Of a stretch of DNA of 48,887 nt, positions 28,716 to 37,866 are shown piece by piece. Source of the stretch: a virus (lineage: Duplodnaviria; Caudoviricetes); the IMG/VR virus record IMGVR_UViG_3300043683_000017, positions 1-48,887 of that record; one strand, written 5' to 3'. Below the pieces are notes generated by a model. That model was not told where the DNA came from and searched no databases. It was given only the letters and a program-made list of their open reading frames with translations. The stretch's first letter is position 1, and the number at the start of each line of letters is the position of its first letter. A program made the position numbers and the translations under genes.

Positions 28716-29129
28716 CTACTCCCCTCCTTCCGCGTTCGCCATGGACACGAGCCCCGGAAATTTGAACCGAACCGCCGTCAAGCTCACTTGCCGTTCATCG
28801 CCCTGCGACTGCTGCGCCCGGGCGGGCCCCTCTCTGGCCTGCACCGGCTCCGGACTGGGGTCGTCCTCGGCCTCCTGCACTCGGGCCGCCATCACCCCGG
28901 TGTAGGCGGAAAGGCGGTGAGCCAGAGCCAGGTAGCGCGGGCCGGTGAGGTCGCAGTCCCACAGGTCGATGCCGTAGATCGCTAGGAAGTCCGCGTCGAG
29001 GTCTTCCTGGTGACTCAGCACCCACCCGGTCTCGTGGAGCCGCGCCCTCAGGGCGTCCAGCCATGACGCGCTCGCGAGCCCGCCGGACAGCGCCCCAACC
29101 CACCGGGTTACGGCGTCTTCGCTTTTCCC
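28716..29129 (-). CDS. Tail assembly chaperone C-terminal extension (-1 frameshift product)
   Basis: Open -1 frame entered at GGGAAAA; DLDADFLAIYGIDL motif. Confidence 0.78.
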   Translation of the reverse strand, partial: GKSEDAVTRWVGALSGGLASASWLDALRARLHETGWVLSHQEDLDADFLAIYGIDLWDCDLTGPRYLALAHRLSAYTGVMAARVQEAEDDPSPEPVQAREGPARAQQSQGDERQVSLTAVRFKFPGLVSMANAEGGE

Positions 29130-29512
29130 CCTGCCTCCGACCGCCCCAGCGCCCTGTTCACGACGTGGTCGACGATCCGTGTCATCTGTTCGTCGGTAAG
29201 GCCCTTGCACTGCTCCAGCGCGTCGTAGCCCTCCTGCCCGAGAACGCGGATCAGGAGTGGCGGCGCGGCCAGCTGCTCGCCGATCTCACCGGCGACCCGC
29301 ATGTACTCCAGGGCCACGCCCATCGGGATGTTCTTCGGGATCGTGTACTCGGTGTCGCCGATGTAGAAGAGCGGCTCGCGCTCGTCCTCGACGTCCTCGT
29401 CCGCAGCGATCCGGACCGGCTCGAAGCCCATGTCCGGAGTCGCCGCGGGGGGAGCCTTGGGCGCAGTGGGGCGCCGGCGGGCGGCGGTGACCTGACGGGT
29501 GGTGGATGCCAT
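29108..29512 (-). CDS. Tail assembly chaperone
   Basis: Between major tail and tape measure; ends with a slippery site; RBS GAGGAG. Confidence 0.85.
   Translation of the reverse strand: MASTTRQVTAARRRPTAPKAPPAATPDMGFEPVRIAADEDVEDEREPLFYIGDTEYTIPKNIPMGVALEYMRVAGEIGEQLAAPPLLIRVLGQEGYDALEQCKGLTDEQMTRIVDHVVNRALGRSEAGGKAKTP
29123..29131 (-). other. Programmed -1 frameshift slippery site GGGGGAAAA
   Basis: GGG GGA AAA GCG (G-G-K-A) just before the chaperone stop; the -1 frame continues SEDAVTRW. Confidence 0.82.
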
Positions 29513-29550
29513 GGGTCGATCTCCTCGCAGGGACGGGGTGGGGTGCGTAG

Positions 29551-30117
29551 TTACGCGGTCTGGTCGACGACGTGCAGCGGGGAGATGGCCGCGCTTACGT
29601 AGTGGCCGGAGAAGGTCACCCCGTAGAGGGTCTGCTTGTCCTTCGTGTAGCCCATCTCCACCGCGTCGGTGGACAGGGTCTTGCGGAGGATCACGCGCCG
29701 GTTGAACGGGGAGGCGCCCGGTGCCCAGCCGTCGAACAGCAGCGCCTTGTACAGCGGCTGGGTCGCGGACGACGCGGCGTTCGGCTCATAGGATGCCCAG
29801 CCGGCACCCGACGCGGACGTGCCGCCGTTGAGGACCAGCGCCAGGTTGTTCAGCGTCGGCTCGGCGAGGGACGTCTTGACGGAGAAGTCGCGCTTCGTCA
29901 GGCGGGACCCGACGCGGTCGACGAGCTGGTCGACCTCGAGCTCCCCGTAGGACTGGTCGATGCTGAGCGTCACGCCGTCCTGGGTGCCGCCGACGTCCGT
30001 CCAGGCCGATGCCTGGGGGGTGGTGTTGACGGCGGAGTCGGCGGGCTCGGTGGCACCGAACGCGCCGTTGTACAGGGTCGCGGGACCCTGAATAAGATTT
30101 GTGGTCGTAACGGACAT
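29551..30117 (-). CDS. Major tail (tube) protein
   Basis: NLIQGPATLY, WTDVGGTQDGV, EVDQ, SLAEPTL motifs; synteny. Confidence 0.85.
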   Translation of the reverse strand: MSVTTTNLIQGPATLYNGAFGATEPADSAVNTTPQASAWTDVGGTQDGVTLSIDQSYGELEVDQLVDRVGSRLTKRDFSVKTSLAEPTLNNLALVLNGGTSASGAGWASYEPNAASSATQPLYKALLFDGWAPGASPFNRRVILRKTLSTDAVEMGYTKDKQTLYGVTFSGHYVSAAISPLHVVDQTA

Positions 30118-30122
30118 TTAGG

Positions 30123-30302
30123 TCAGCCCTCCTTGGGCGGGGCCGGCGGGGCGGCCTTCTTGGTGGCGGCCGGGCCTGGGTCGGGCGCCGGCGGTTCGAC
30201 GGTCTCTACGAGCAGTCCCAGCCGCTGGAGGTCGAGGTGCTCGGCGTCGCCGACCTCGATCTCCTCGTTGGGCCGCATGGTGGTGCGGACGGTTCGGGTC
30301 AC
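30123..30302 (-). CDS. Hypothetical protein (59 aa)
   Basis: GTGA overlap; VRTTMRP...EV...DL.RLGLLV. Confidence 0.65.
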   Translation of the reverse strand: MTRTVRTTMRPNEEIEVGDAEHLDLQRLGLLVETVEPPAPDPGPAATKKAAPPAPPKEG

Positions 30303-30523
30303 CGGAACTGCTCCTTCGTGAGCGGCCACTGGACGGCAGCGAGGTCGGGGTGGTGGCGGATCGCCAGGGTCTGCTCGGGCGGGATGTCGCGGGGGCACTC
30401 GACGACGCTGGCGTCCCCGGTGAACAGGAACTCCATCTCCGGCCGGTTGTCGTGAATGAGGACGCGGCCGCCGAAGGTCAGCAGGTCCCGGGACACCGCG
30501 CCCCGCAGCGCGTAGCGGCTCAC
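30299..30523 (-). CDS. Hypothetical protein (74 aa)
   Basis: GTGA overlaps; typical codon bias. Confidence 0.6.
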   Translation of the reverse strand: MSRYALRGAVSRDLLTFGGRVLIHDNRPEMEFLFTGDASVVECPRDIPPEQTLAIRHHPDLAAVQWPLTKEQFR

Positions 30524-30972
30524 GCGGGCACCTCGATCCACGCAAGGGCCAGGCCGGGGATGGAGTAGCGGGCGTAGGAGGACGCGTCGTCGGGGATGCG
30601 CCGCGGGTCGCCGGTGAGGTAGGCGCTTTTGATCTGCGCGGCCGGGTAGCCGTCGGGCAGGGTCAGGGTCTGCGGGATCGCCGGGTGGTCCCAGCACGCC
30701 GCCTGGATCGCCTGCGCGAGGGCGGACGCCTTGTTCCACGGGGGCTTCTGCGAGTCCGGGCTGACCGCCCAGCAGTCCACGGACATGACGGGCTCGCGGA
30801 TCGGCACGTACATGTTGGGAGTTCCCCCCACTGTGCCGAGGGTGCAGAACCCGAACTTGACCCAACTGGCGATGTCCTTCGGCAGGGTGGTGGCAACACG
30901 GTCACCGACGACCGTGCGCAGCCACGCCGCGGCGACCAGCTCGTGATTGGCGCGCAGGACCGGTGCCGTCAT
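30520..30972 (-). CDS. Tail terminator-like protein
   Basis: Synteny; ELVAAAWL, SVDCWA. Confidence 0.65.
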   Translation of the reverse strand: MTAPVLRANHELVAAAWLRTVVGDRVATTLPKDIASWVKFGFCTLGTVGGTPNMYVPIREPVMSVDCWAVSPDSQKPPWNKASALAQAIQAACWDHPAIPQTLTLPDGYPAAQIKSAYLTGDPRRIPDDASSYARYSIPGLALAWIEVPA

Positions 30973-31340
30973 GCCGTCCTCCGCTGAAAAAGTGCCGGAC
31001 GGAGGTAGGGCATGGGCCGTGTCCCGGGGTGGTTGACGTAGGCCACCGGGTGCGCCGCCCCCGGCCAGAACAACGCCTTCTTGCTGTTGGGGAAGATGAA
31101 GTGGGGCATGGTGCCCATCTCCACGTCGGTGGCGTAGTTGCAGTCCGTCGACCCGACGCGCAGCACTTTGTTGTGGACCTCGGCGACAAGGGACGCAGCC
31201 AGCCGGCCGGTCTTCTTCCGGACCAGGCTCTTGGCGTCGGTAACCATGGGCGCGCCGATGCCGTGCTCGAGCCAGTCGTTGATCGCCCCATCCAGGTGAG
31301 TGCGCGCCGACGGGTCGAGCTTCATGCCGCGTGTTGCCAT
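30969..31340 (-). CDS. HK97 gp10-like neck protein
   Basis: KTGRLAAS, YATDVEMGT, HPGTRPMPYLRPAL. Confidence 0.82.
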   Translation of the reverse strand: MATRGMKLDPSARTHLDGAINDWLEHGIGAPMVTDAKSLVRKKTGRLAASLVAEVHNKVLRVGSTDCNYATDVEMGTMPHFIFPNSKKALFWPGAAHPVAYVNHPGTRPMPYLRPALFQRRTA

Positions 31341-31412
31341 GGCCGCCCCCTCTCCGGGTCCGGTCTGTCCTGGTGGGCCCCTCGGTCTCCCCGAGGAAGC
31401 GGCCCCGTGCTG

Positions 31413-31742
31413 TCAGGTGGTGCGCCGCAGATCCAGCCGGATATCGACCGTGAGTGCGGGGTTCGCCATGCCCGAGGTGGCATCGACGATGTACGTGGTC
31501 CCGGTGCGCTGATCACGCACCCGGTCCTGATCGGTGATGTCGGTTCCGGCCGGCACCCGCGCGATCGCCGAGCGCACGATCCGCGGTGTCGGGTCGTCCC
31601 GGGTCGTAACCCGGCGGGACTGCTCCGTCAGGGACGCGGGGATGTCCTTGGCGATGACGGTGTCGGTGTCCTGCTCGTCGCCGTAGGCGTCGACCGTGGT
31701 GCCGCGGAGGACCGTCAGTTGGGTGGTGGCGATGGCCTGCAT
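31413..31742 (-). CDS. Head-tail stopper/closure protein
   Basis: DAYGD, DITDQDRV; synteny. Confidence 0.7.
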   Translation of the reverse strand: MQAIATTQLTVLRGTTVDAYGDEQDTDTVIAKDIPASLTEQSRRVTTRDDPTPRIVRSAIARVPAGTDITDQDRVRDQRTGTTYIVDATSGMANPALTVDIRLDLRRTT

Positions 31743-32182
31743 CAGCCACCACCGAGCGGAGCCCAGGGCTCCAGGTCGTCATTCGCCTCGGACAGCACGT
31801 TGCCGACCAGTCCGAAGCCCTCGATCGGGGCGCGGGCGTGGACGGTCCGGGACCGCATCCACGACACGCGCTTCAGTGCTCGGCCGGCCATGGGTGCGAG
31901 GACCAGGCCGTCGCCCGTCAGCGTGGACGACACGCCGTCCTGCTGGGTCTGCGTGGCATCCAGCCGCGTCTCCAGTCCGAACTGCCCGACGATCCACGCT
32001 GCTTGACGGGCAACGGCCTTGCCCAGCCAGTAGAGATCCCGTGGCCGGATCCGCGGTGTGTCCGGGTAGATCCGGCCGGAGAAGATCTCAATGTCGGACT
32101 GCGCCTGGGCAAGCTGCGCCTCGGTCGCCGTCACGCCGGTGGCGTTGATGACGTCCGAGGCGTTCGCCCAGGCCGCGGCCAT
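31742..32182 (-). CDS. Head-tail adaptor protein
   Basis: WANASDV, AVARQAAW, QDGVS; synteny. Confidence 0.7.
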   Translation of the reverse strand: MAAAWANASDVINATGVTATEAQLAQAQSDIEIFSGRIYPDTPRIRPRDLYWLGKAVARQAAWIVGQFGLETRLDATQTQQDGVSSTLTGDGLVLAPMAGRALKRVSWMRSRTVHARAPIEGFGLVGNVLSEANDDLEPWAPLGGG

Positions 32183-32183
32183 G

Positions 32184-32555
32184 TCAGGCCCCGTCCTTCA
32201 GGATGTCGCGGGGCGTAGTCGTGTCTTGCGGGGCGTTGTCGACGGACGCGGGCACGGTGTCGACGCTGTACGTCAGCACAAGCGACTGCCCGTCGGGGTG
32301 GCCCTCCGCACCGTCGAACCGCACGTCGCCGCGGGGGTGGAGTCCGCGCTGGATCGCCTCGTTGGCGACGCCCGCCTTGTTCGCGAGGTGCTCGCCGTCG
32401 GAGTCGCCCCACTGCCGGGCGAGGACCACGAACTCCTTGACGTGCCGGGTTCCGTCGGAGCCGTCCACGGACCGCTGGTCGACTTCGGCCGCCGGGTCGC
32501 CGGCCTTCGCGGGGAACTGCTTCGCCGCAGGGGTCTTGGCCTTGCTGGTTGCCAT
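32184..32555 (-). CDS. Hypothetical virion-module protein
   Basis: ATG after GGGAGG; directly downstream of the capsid gene. Confidence 0.7.
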   Translation of the reverse strand: MATSKAKTPAAKQFPAKAGDPAAEVDQRSVDGSDGTRHVKEFVVLARQWGDSDGEHLANKAGVANEAIQRGLHPRGDVRFDGAEGHPDGQSLVLTYSVDTVPASVDNAPQDTTTPRDILKDGA

Positions 32556-32576
32556 GGCTCGCCTCCCGTCTACTGG

Positions 32577-32609
32577 CCCGTACCGCCCGGAGCCATTGGG
32601 CGGTACGGG
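32577..32609 (-). terminator. Hairpin after the major capsid gene
   Basis: Perfect 12-bp stem CCCGTACCGCCC/GGGCGGTACGGG with a 9-nt loop. Confidence 0.7.
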
Positions 32610-32623
32610 TGCAGAAGGGAAGG

Positions 32624-33538
32624 TCAGCCGACGAGGATGGACGCGCCGAGCGGGTGGCCGTAGGCCCATCCGCGGCGGGCCCGCATCTTCAGAATCGACT
32701 CGTCGGTCAGGGCCGACAAGCCGTCGCGGCCGTCGATGAACACGGACTCCGGGCCGGATCGGATGCCGAGGAGCATGAGCTCCGGGTTGACGAACGCCAT
32801 GATCGGCCGGCCGCCGGGGGCTGCGGTGGCGACGGGGGAAGTCTTCGCGCCCAGCGACCAGTGGATCGGCACGTTGAAGATCGTGTCGGGGGTGCCGGCT
32901 CCGCCTTCGAGGAAGATCGGGCGCTGCTGGCCGTCCAGGACGCCGCGCAGGCTCTTGCGGAACGCCGGGGACGCGATGGCGATCATGCTGGTCGGGTCGA
33001 ACCAGTCGCCGGTCTCGACGTTGCCGATGGCGGTGGAAAACTCCGAGTAGGTCGGGGCTCCGGCGGTGGCCGCGGTGGTGATGTTCGTGTCCGCGGTGTA
33101 GCCGACGGTGGCGTCCGTAGTGTGGAGCAGCGCGTACAGGCTGGTATACGGGATGGTGGTGCCGTTGGATGCGGCGGTCACGGCGAGCGTGGCGTTGTCG
33201 AGGAACTTCGCGTAGCTCTTGCCCCAGCCCATCATCTTGGCCGCGATGACGTCGGCGACCGAGTCGTCGATGTCCTCCTCGGCGATGCGCGCGGCCTTAC
33301 CGATCTTCACCGCACTGAGGAGCACCTCGTCGTTCAGCGAGGTGTCCTCGCCGTAGGTGCCGCCCTTGGCGACGACGTCCACGCCCATGCCCGCGGTGCG
33401 GGGGACGTGCTTGGTGTCGGATCCCATGGGGATGCGGGCCGAGAGGGCCTCTACGACGGAGATCTGGGTGATGCTCTGGACGACGAGGGAGGTGTCCCAC
33501 TCTTCTGGAATCCAGGCTTCGAGTGTGTTGCGTGCCAC
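32624..33538 (-). CDS. Major capsid protein (HK97 fold)
   Basis: WIPEEW, IAEEDIDDS, LDGQQRPIF, ILKMRARRGW; RBS GGAGG; follows scaffold. Confidence 0.9.
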   Translation of the reverse strand: MARNTLEAWIPEEWDTSLVVQSITQISVVEALSARIPMGSDTKHVPRTAGMGVDVVAKGGTYGEDTSLNDEVLLSAVKIGKAARIAEEDIDDSVADVIAAKMMGWGKSYAKFLDNATLAVTAASNGTTIPYTSLYALLHTTDATVGYTADTNITTAATAGAPTYSEFSTAIGNVETGDWFDPTSMIAIASPAFRKSLRGVLDGQQRPIFLEGGAGTPDTIFNVPIHWSLGAKTSPVATAAPGGRPIMAFVNPELMLLGIRSGPESVFIDGRDGLSALTDESILKMRARRGWAYGHPLGASILVG

Positions 33539-33674
33539 GGAGGGCCTCCTGCGGGCGGCGTGATGGGGCGAGACGGTTGGGCTCGGGCCCCATCACGGGC
33601 GCCTTCGCAAGAAAGATGCTGACAGCTATTCGATCACCGAATCGCATGTCATATCGGGACTATACCTTCGAATG

Positions 33675-34445
33675 TCAAGACCTGCCCAGGATCCGCGCAG
33701 CGTGCTGCTCCGCCGTCGACTTCGGCTTCTCCGCCCCCGGCTGGCGCGGCGCACCGTGCGGCTTCGGCTTCGGCTTCGGCTTGTCCGCCTGGAGGAACTC
33801 CGGGTACTCCGCCCTCAGTCGGCCCACCTCGGACTCGACTCCGATCAGGTCCCCGTCGTCGTCCACGGAGAGGGCGTCCCAGTCGACGAGCTTCAGCAGC
33901 CGGTCCGGTCCGGCGAACCCCGCCTCGATCAGCGCCGCCTTCACACCGGAGCGCTTCATCGGCTCCCGGAACCGCTTCTCGCCTTCTTCCCGCGCTTCGC
34001 GGACAGCCTTGTCGTGGTCGGTCTCGTTGGTCCTCGTCTGCTCTTCCAGCTCGCGGTTGCGGAGACGGTGCTTCTTCGCCTCGTCGTTGGCCTTCTTCAG
34101 GGCGGCCTGGGTGCGCGCCCATTCGTCCTTCGACGGCGGCTCGTAGTCGTCGTCGCCGGGCTTCGGGTCGTCCTTCTTGGCCGGGGGCTTCGGCTTCGGC
34201 TTGCCGTCCGGCTCGGGCTCCTGGTCGTCCGGTTCCGGCTCGGGGTCGACGTCCACGTCGGCCTCGGGCTCCGGATCGTCCTCGGCGCCACCGGCGATCG
34301 GGTGGATGGGGCGGCCGTCAGCTCGGTAGCCGAGGACCGCCCACGGCGGGACGCTGATCGTGCGGGGGTGGATGCCCATGGTGTCTCCCATCACGGGGTT
34401 GGTGTCACGGCGGCCCGTCGCGGGCGCCGGGGTCTCGGGGGTCAT
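33675..34445 (-). CDS. Capsid scaffolding protein (alternative start 34379)
   Basis: Acidic/Pro-rich N-terminus, ALKKANDEAKKHRLR coiled coil, YPEF; upstream of MCP. Confidence 0.82.
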   Translation of the reverse strand: MTPETPAPATGRRDTNPVMGDTMGIHPRTISVPPWAVLGYRADGRPIHPIAGGAEDDPEPEADVDVDPEPEPDDQEPEPDGKPKPKPPAKKDDPKPGDDDYEPPSKDEWARTQAALKKANDEAKKHRLRNRELEEQTRTNETDHDKAVREAREEGEKRFREPMKRSGVKAALIEAGFAGPDRLLKLVDWDALSVDDDGDLIGVESEVGRLRAEYPEFLQADKPKPKPKPHGAPRQPGAEKPKSTAEQHAARILGRS

Positions 34446-35455
34446 GCGGCCACCGGGAAGCGGCCAGTATGCACAGCGGTGCGGGCTCGGGCTTCGACGG
34501 CGGGCAGTAGGTCGTCTGTCGTGCGCAGGAGTTCACGCACCGCGCGCAGGCGCACGTTGCGGGACTCTGACGGGCGGCCGGCCCCGTAGGCGATGGACCG
34601 CTGCGCCTCACGCTGCAGTGCTTCGGGGAACGGGATCCCGTCCGGGCGCCACCGGGTGTTCCATGCGACGGTGCGGCAGCGACAATGCGCGTGCACCGGC
34701 GGCCCGTCGATGCTGCCGGCGCCGATGTTGCGGGAGCGGGGGTCCCAGGACAGCCCCCCGGGGAAGCCGTTGCCCGGTGTCGCGATGCGCCCGGCGTAGG
34801 CCAGGCAGCGGACGCACGCGTTGGCCTCCGCGATCCACAACCGGGACAGGTGTGCAGCGTCCGCGACCGCGTCCAACCCTGCGTTGACCGCGCGGCCAAC
34901 CGTCCACGCGGTGTGCGCCCGCACTACCGTGCCGGCCGAACGCGCGGCGCCGATGGCGTGCAGCAGGTCGGACCACCGGGTGACGTGCCCGCGGGTGAGG
35001 AGCGCCAGAGCGCCGTCACGCCGGTCGGAAACCAGGGCGGTCATGCGGTCGGCCTCGTCCGCGATGGCCTGCGGCAGCCGCAGACGGGGCATGGCGCGGC
35101 GCCGGCCGGATGCGGCGCGCAGGAACTCGACGCCCTGCGTGGCGCCCAGGGTGAGGGCGCCGGGAAGGGCGCCTCGCAGGATGCGGCCCACGCGCGGGCC
35201 GAGCTGGTCCAGGAGCCGATGCACGGCGGCACGGATCGCGGCGAGGAGCCCATCAAGGGCGGTGCCTGCGACGGCCGAAGCCATGGGGCCGCCGAACAGG
35301 CGCACCCAAGCGCGGAGTGTGCTGCGGGCGAGGGTGTCGAACTGCCCGTCAAGGTCGCCCAGGGCCTGCTCGACGGTGTGGTCTTCGAGGGCCCGCACCG
35401 CATCGGTGTGGTCGCCCTGCACGAGGCGCATCAGGTGCTCGCTGCGGTACGTCAT
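34442..35455 (-). CDS. MuF-like minor head protein
   Basis: ACVRCLAYAG and PPVHAHCRC motifs; follows portal. Confidence 0.8.
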   Translation of the reverse strand: MTYRSEHLMRLVQGDHTDAVRALEDHTVEQALGDLDGQFDTLARSTLRAWVRLFGGPMASAVAGTALDGLLAAIRAAVHRLLDQLGPRVGRILRGALPGALTLGATQGVEFLRAASGRRRAMPRLRLPQAIADEADRMTALVSDRRDGALALLTRGHVTRWSDLLHAIGAARSAGTVVRAHTAWTVGRAVNAGLDAVADAAHLSRLWIAEANACVRCLAYAGRIATPGNGFPGGLSWDPRSRNIGAGSIDGPPVHAHCRCRTVAWNTRWRPDGIPFPEALQREAQRSIAYGAGRPSESRNVRLRAVRELLRTTDDLLPAVEARARTAVHTGRFPVAA

Positions 35456-36996
35456 CAGTTGCTGTCCGGCGGTTCGGGGGCGTCGATTCCAGCCAGTGCC
35501 TCGGCGAGCAGTGCGGTCACCTGGCCTTGGTCGAGTACACCGAGGGTCGCGGCGGTGCCGAGCTGCTGCGCGGCGGCAGCGATCTTCGCAAGGATCTCCA
35601 CGCGCCGCTCGAGTTCGGCATCGTCAGTCCCGGAGAACCAGAGGTCGACCTGCTCAGCCCGGTATCCGGCCTCGATGAGGGCCTGACGGCGCGGCACACC
35701 GTTCTTGATCTTCTCGGTGATGGTCAGCCACCCGCTCTGGTCGTCCACCGTCGCGGCCGGCGTCCACCGCACCGTCACGACCGGGTTCTCCACACCGAGG
35801 CACCGCAGCGCGAACACGAACGCCTCCCGGTGCGTCGCACCGAAGGACACCTGCCGGTTGCGGACCTTGCGGGTGAACGGGTCGTCCTCCGCTTTGTAGG
35901 ACTCCCCGGAGCGGGGGATCATCGTCTGGTGCTCGAACATGCGGGTTGGTGTCGTCGTGATCTGCGCCATCGCCCGGATGTTCGCGCCGATCGGGTCCCA
36001 GAACACCGCCGGCTGCGCGGCGTTGAACTCGCCGACGGCCTTGAAGCCGCGGAGCAGCCACACCTCGCCGGGCCCGGACTTCAGGGAGCTGTCGTCGCCG
36101 ATGTCCTTCACGCCGGTGGCGTTCGCGTCGACGGGGAAGTCCTGGTCGTCCCAGTCGCCGGGGTCCAGGTCGGAGGTGTCGGTGGTCGCGGAATCAGTGA
36201 GGGCGTACCGCTGGGGGAACCCCTGGTAGTCGACGGTGCCCATGTGGGTGGCTTGCAGCTTGGTGATCGCGTTCTGCGGGCCGTAGGCGCCGAAGTGCTC
36301 CGGCACCCCGTAGGGGCGGTCCGTGCGGTAGTGGAAGACGGGGACCTCGCCGTAGTCGTGCGGGATGACCCACGACTCGGGGTCTCCTGGCTCGCCGTCC
36401 TCGGGGGTGGCTGTCCAGTGGGACCACTCGCCGGACTTGCTGCCGTCCTGGTTCTTGCCGGTGGTCCAGCGTTCGATGCGGTCGTCGTAGTACAGCTCTG
36501 CGCGGACGTACGGGCCGTCGCGCCAGCGCTTGATCGCGAAAGCCTTGAGTCGGGGGTTCTCCTCGGAGTAGACGATCCGCACGGTCTGCGGGGAGTTGTA
36601 GTACATATCGACCCGCACCGTGTTGCCCTTGTCGTCCTCGACGGGCAGTTCGATCAGGTAGGCGTCGCCGAACTCGCAGGCCCGCCGGTGCAGGTCGGGC
36701 ATCTCCAGGTCGAGGGCGTTGTCCTGCCACAGTTGGGAGATCAGGACGTCGGTGGCCTCGTCCGTGCTGGTGATCGCGGCGATCTCCAGGCGGTCGACGA
36801 CGGCGTTGACGGGGGTCTTCGCGAAGTTCAGGTCGAAGTCGAGGCCGTGGATCGCGAGGGCGCGGCGCAGGCGGAGGCTGCTGAAGACCTCGGGGACCTT
36901 GCCGTCGTAGTAGGCGGCGGCCTTGTCGTAGCCGTGGCGGGATTCCTTGAGCTCTCTGATTCCGCACATGAGGTCGGCGCGCTCCACGTCATCCAA
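35455..36996 (-). CDS. Portal protein (SPP1 gp6-like)
   Basis: TTG after GGGAGG; YYDG, NFAKTPVN, FGDAY, HDYGEVPVFH, SGESYK. Confidence 0.9.
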   Translation of the reverse strand: MDDVERADLMCGIRELKESRHGYDKAAAYYDGKVPEVFSSLRLRRALAIHGLDFDLNFAKTPVNAVVDRLEIAAITSTDEATDVLISQLWQDNALDLEMPDLHRRACEFGDAYLIELPVEDDKGNTVRVDMYYNSPQTVRIVYSEENPRLKAFAIKRWRDGPYVRAELYYDDRIERWTTGKNQDGSKSGEWSHWTATPEDGEPGDPESWVIPHDYGEVPVFHYRTDRPYGVPEHFGAYGPQNAITKLQATHMGTVDYQGFPQRYALTDSATTDTSDLDPGDWDDQDFPVDANATGVKDIGDDSSLKSGPGEVWLLRGFKAVGEFNAAQPAVFWDPIGANIRAMAQITTTPTRMFEHQTMIPRSGESYKAEDDPFTRKVRNRQVSFGATHREAFVFALRCLGVENPVVTVRWTPAATVDDQSGWLTITEKIKNGVPRRQALIEAGYRAEQVDLWFSGTDDAELERRVEILAKIAAAAQQLGTAATLGVLDQGQVTALLAEALAGIDAPEPPDSN

Positions 36997-37015
36997 GGCA
37001 GACCTCCCACTAGTC

Positions 37016-37030
37016 CCTTTGAATCGAAGG
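37016..37030. promoter_or_regulatory. 15-bp near-palindromic motif upstream of portal
   Basis: CCTTTGAATCGAAGG, 19 nt before the portal start. Confidence 0.6.
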
Positions 37031-37096
37031 ATAGCGGGCGGACCAGGCCGATTGGAAGCAGGCTCCAATCGGCCCAGCGCCTTCAAATCGAAGAGA

Positions 37097-37840
37097 TCAC
37101 CTCTTCCCCGGCCCAGGGTTCTCCCGACGGCACGTCCGGCAGTACGGCTTGCTGTTCACGTCCGCAGCCAAGTCGTAGACGTGCCCCCGTTCCTCGGCGT
37201 GCCTCAGGCGCTTCCGCTCGGAGCGCCTGGCCATGGCGTCGAGGTTGCACTGGCGGCACTTCACGTACTCGCCGAAGGTGTAGCTGTTCTCCGCCGTGTA
37301 CGGATGACCCTTCGGGCAGTGCTCCCGCTTGTTCCGCGTGCCGACTTCACGCGCCGTGGCCGCCCGACAGACGGAGCAGTAGGTCTTTCCTTCTGCGTCG
37401 GCCTCGGGCGAATAGGCGTGCCCCGAGTCGCTGCAACGCCTCTGCTTGACTGCGAGCCGTCGGTCGCGCAGGGCCTCGCGTCGACAGGTCCGGCAAAGCC
37501 GCTTGCCACCAGAGATCAGCAGGTTGTCGCCACCGTATGGATGACCCCTCGGGCAGTCCTGTCTGGCCAGCTGCGGAAGGCCGACGCCACCCCGAGTCTT
37601 GTTCTCCGCCGCAGTGCAGAGTTCGAGGTGAGCGAGATTGATGCAACGGCGATGTGGGCACTGGGGGCCGAGGCGGCAGACTGCCGGGTCGTGGCAGACG
37701 TGGTCGAGGGTCATCCCAGTTGGTATCGGGCCGTTTGACTCCTCCCATGCAACCCGATGCGCAAGGCGTTGTCCGATGGTTCCGTATCCGTCGACATTGA
37801 TGCGTCCCGTCCACGGGATGCAGGGGATGGGGGTCTCCAT
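37097..37840 (-). CDS. Free-standing HNH homing endonuclease with C-terminal Zn-binding repeats
   Basis: CIPWTG..DGYG..AHRVAW..LDHVC..RCINLAHLE...EN; repeats CPRGHPY..CRTC, CSDSGHAY..CSVC, CPKGHPY..CRQC, GHVY..CRTC; lower GC than neighbours. Confidence 0.85.
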   Translation of the reverse strand: METPIPCIPWTGRINVDGYGTIGQRLAHRVAWEESNGPIPTGMTLDHVCHDPAVCRLGPQCPHRRCINLAHLELCTAAENKTRGGVGLPQLARQDCPRGHPYGGDNLLISGGKRLCRTCRREALRDRRLAVKQRRCSDSGHAYSPEADAEGKTYCSVCRAATAREVGTRNKREHCPKGHPYTAENSYTFGEYVKCRQCNLDAMARRSERKRLRHAEERGHVYDLAADVNSKPYCRTCRRENPGPGKR

Positions 37841-37866
37841 TCAGCAAGTATACGCAGTCGGAACTG

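Noticed and set aside
33659-33678. TTGACA and TATAGT on the minus strand as a housekeeping promoter for the capsid gene
   Set aside because: Only 8 nt apart; no good -10 at 17-18 nt spacing.
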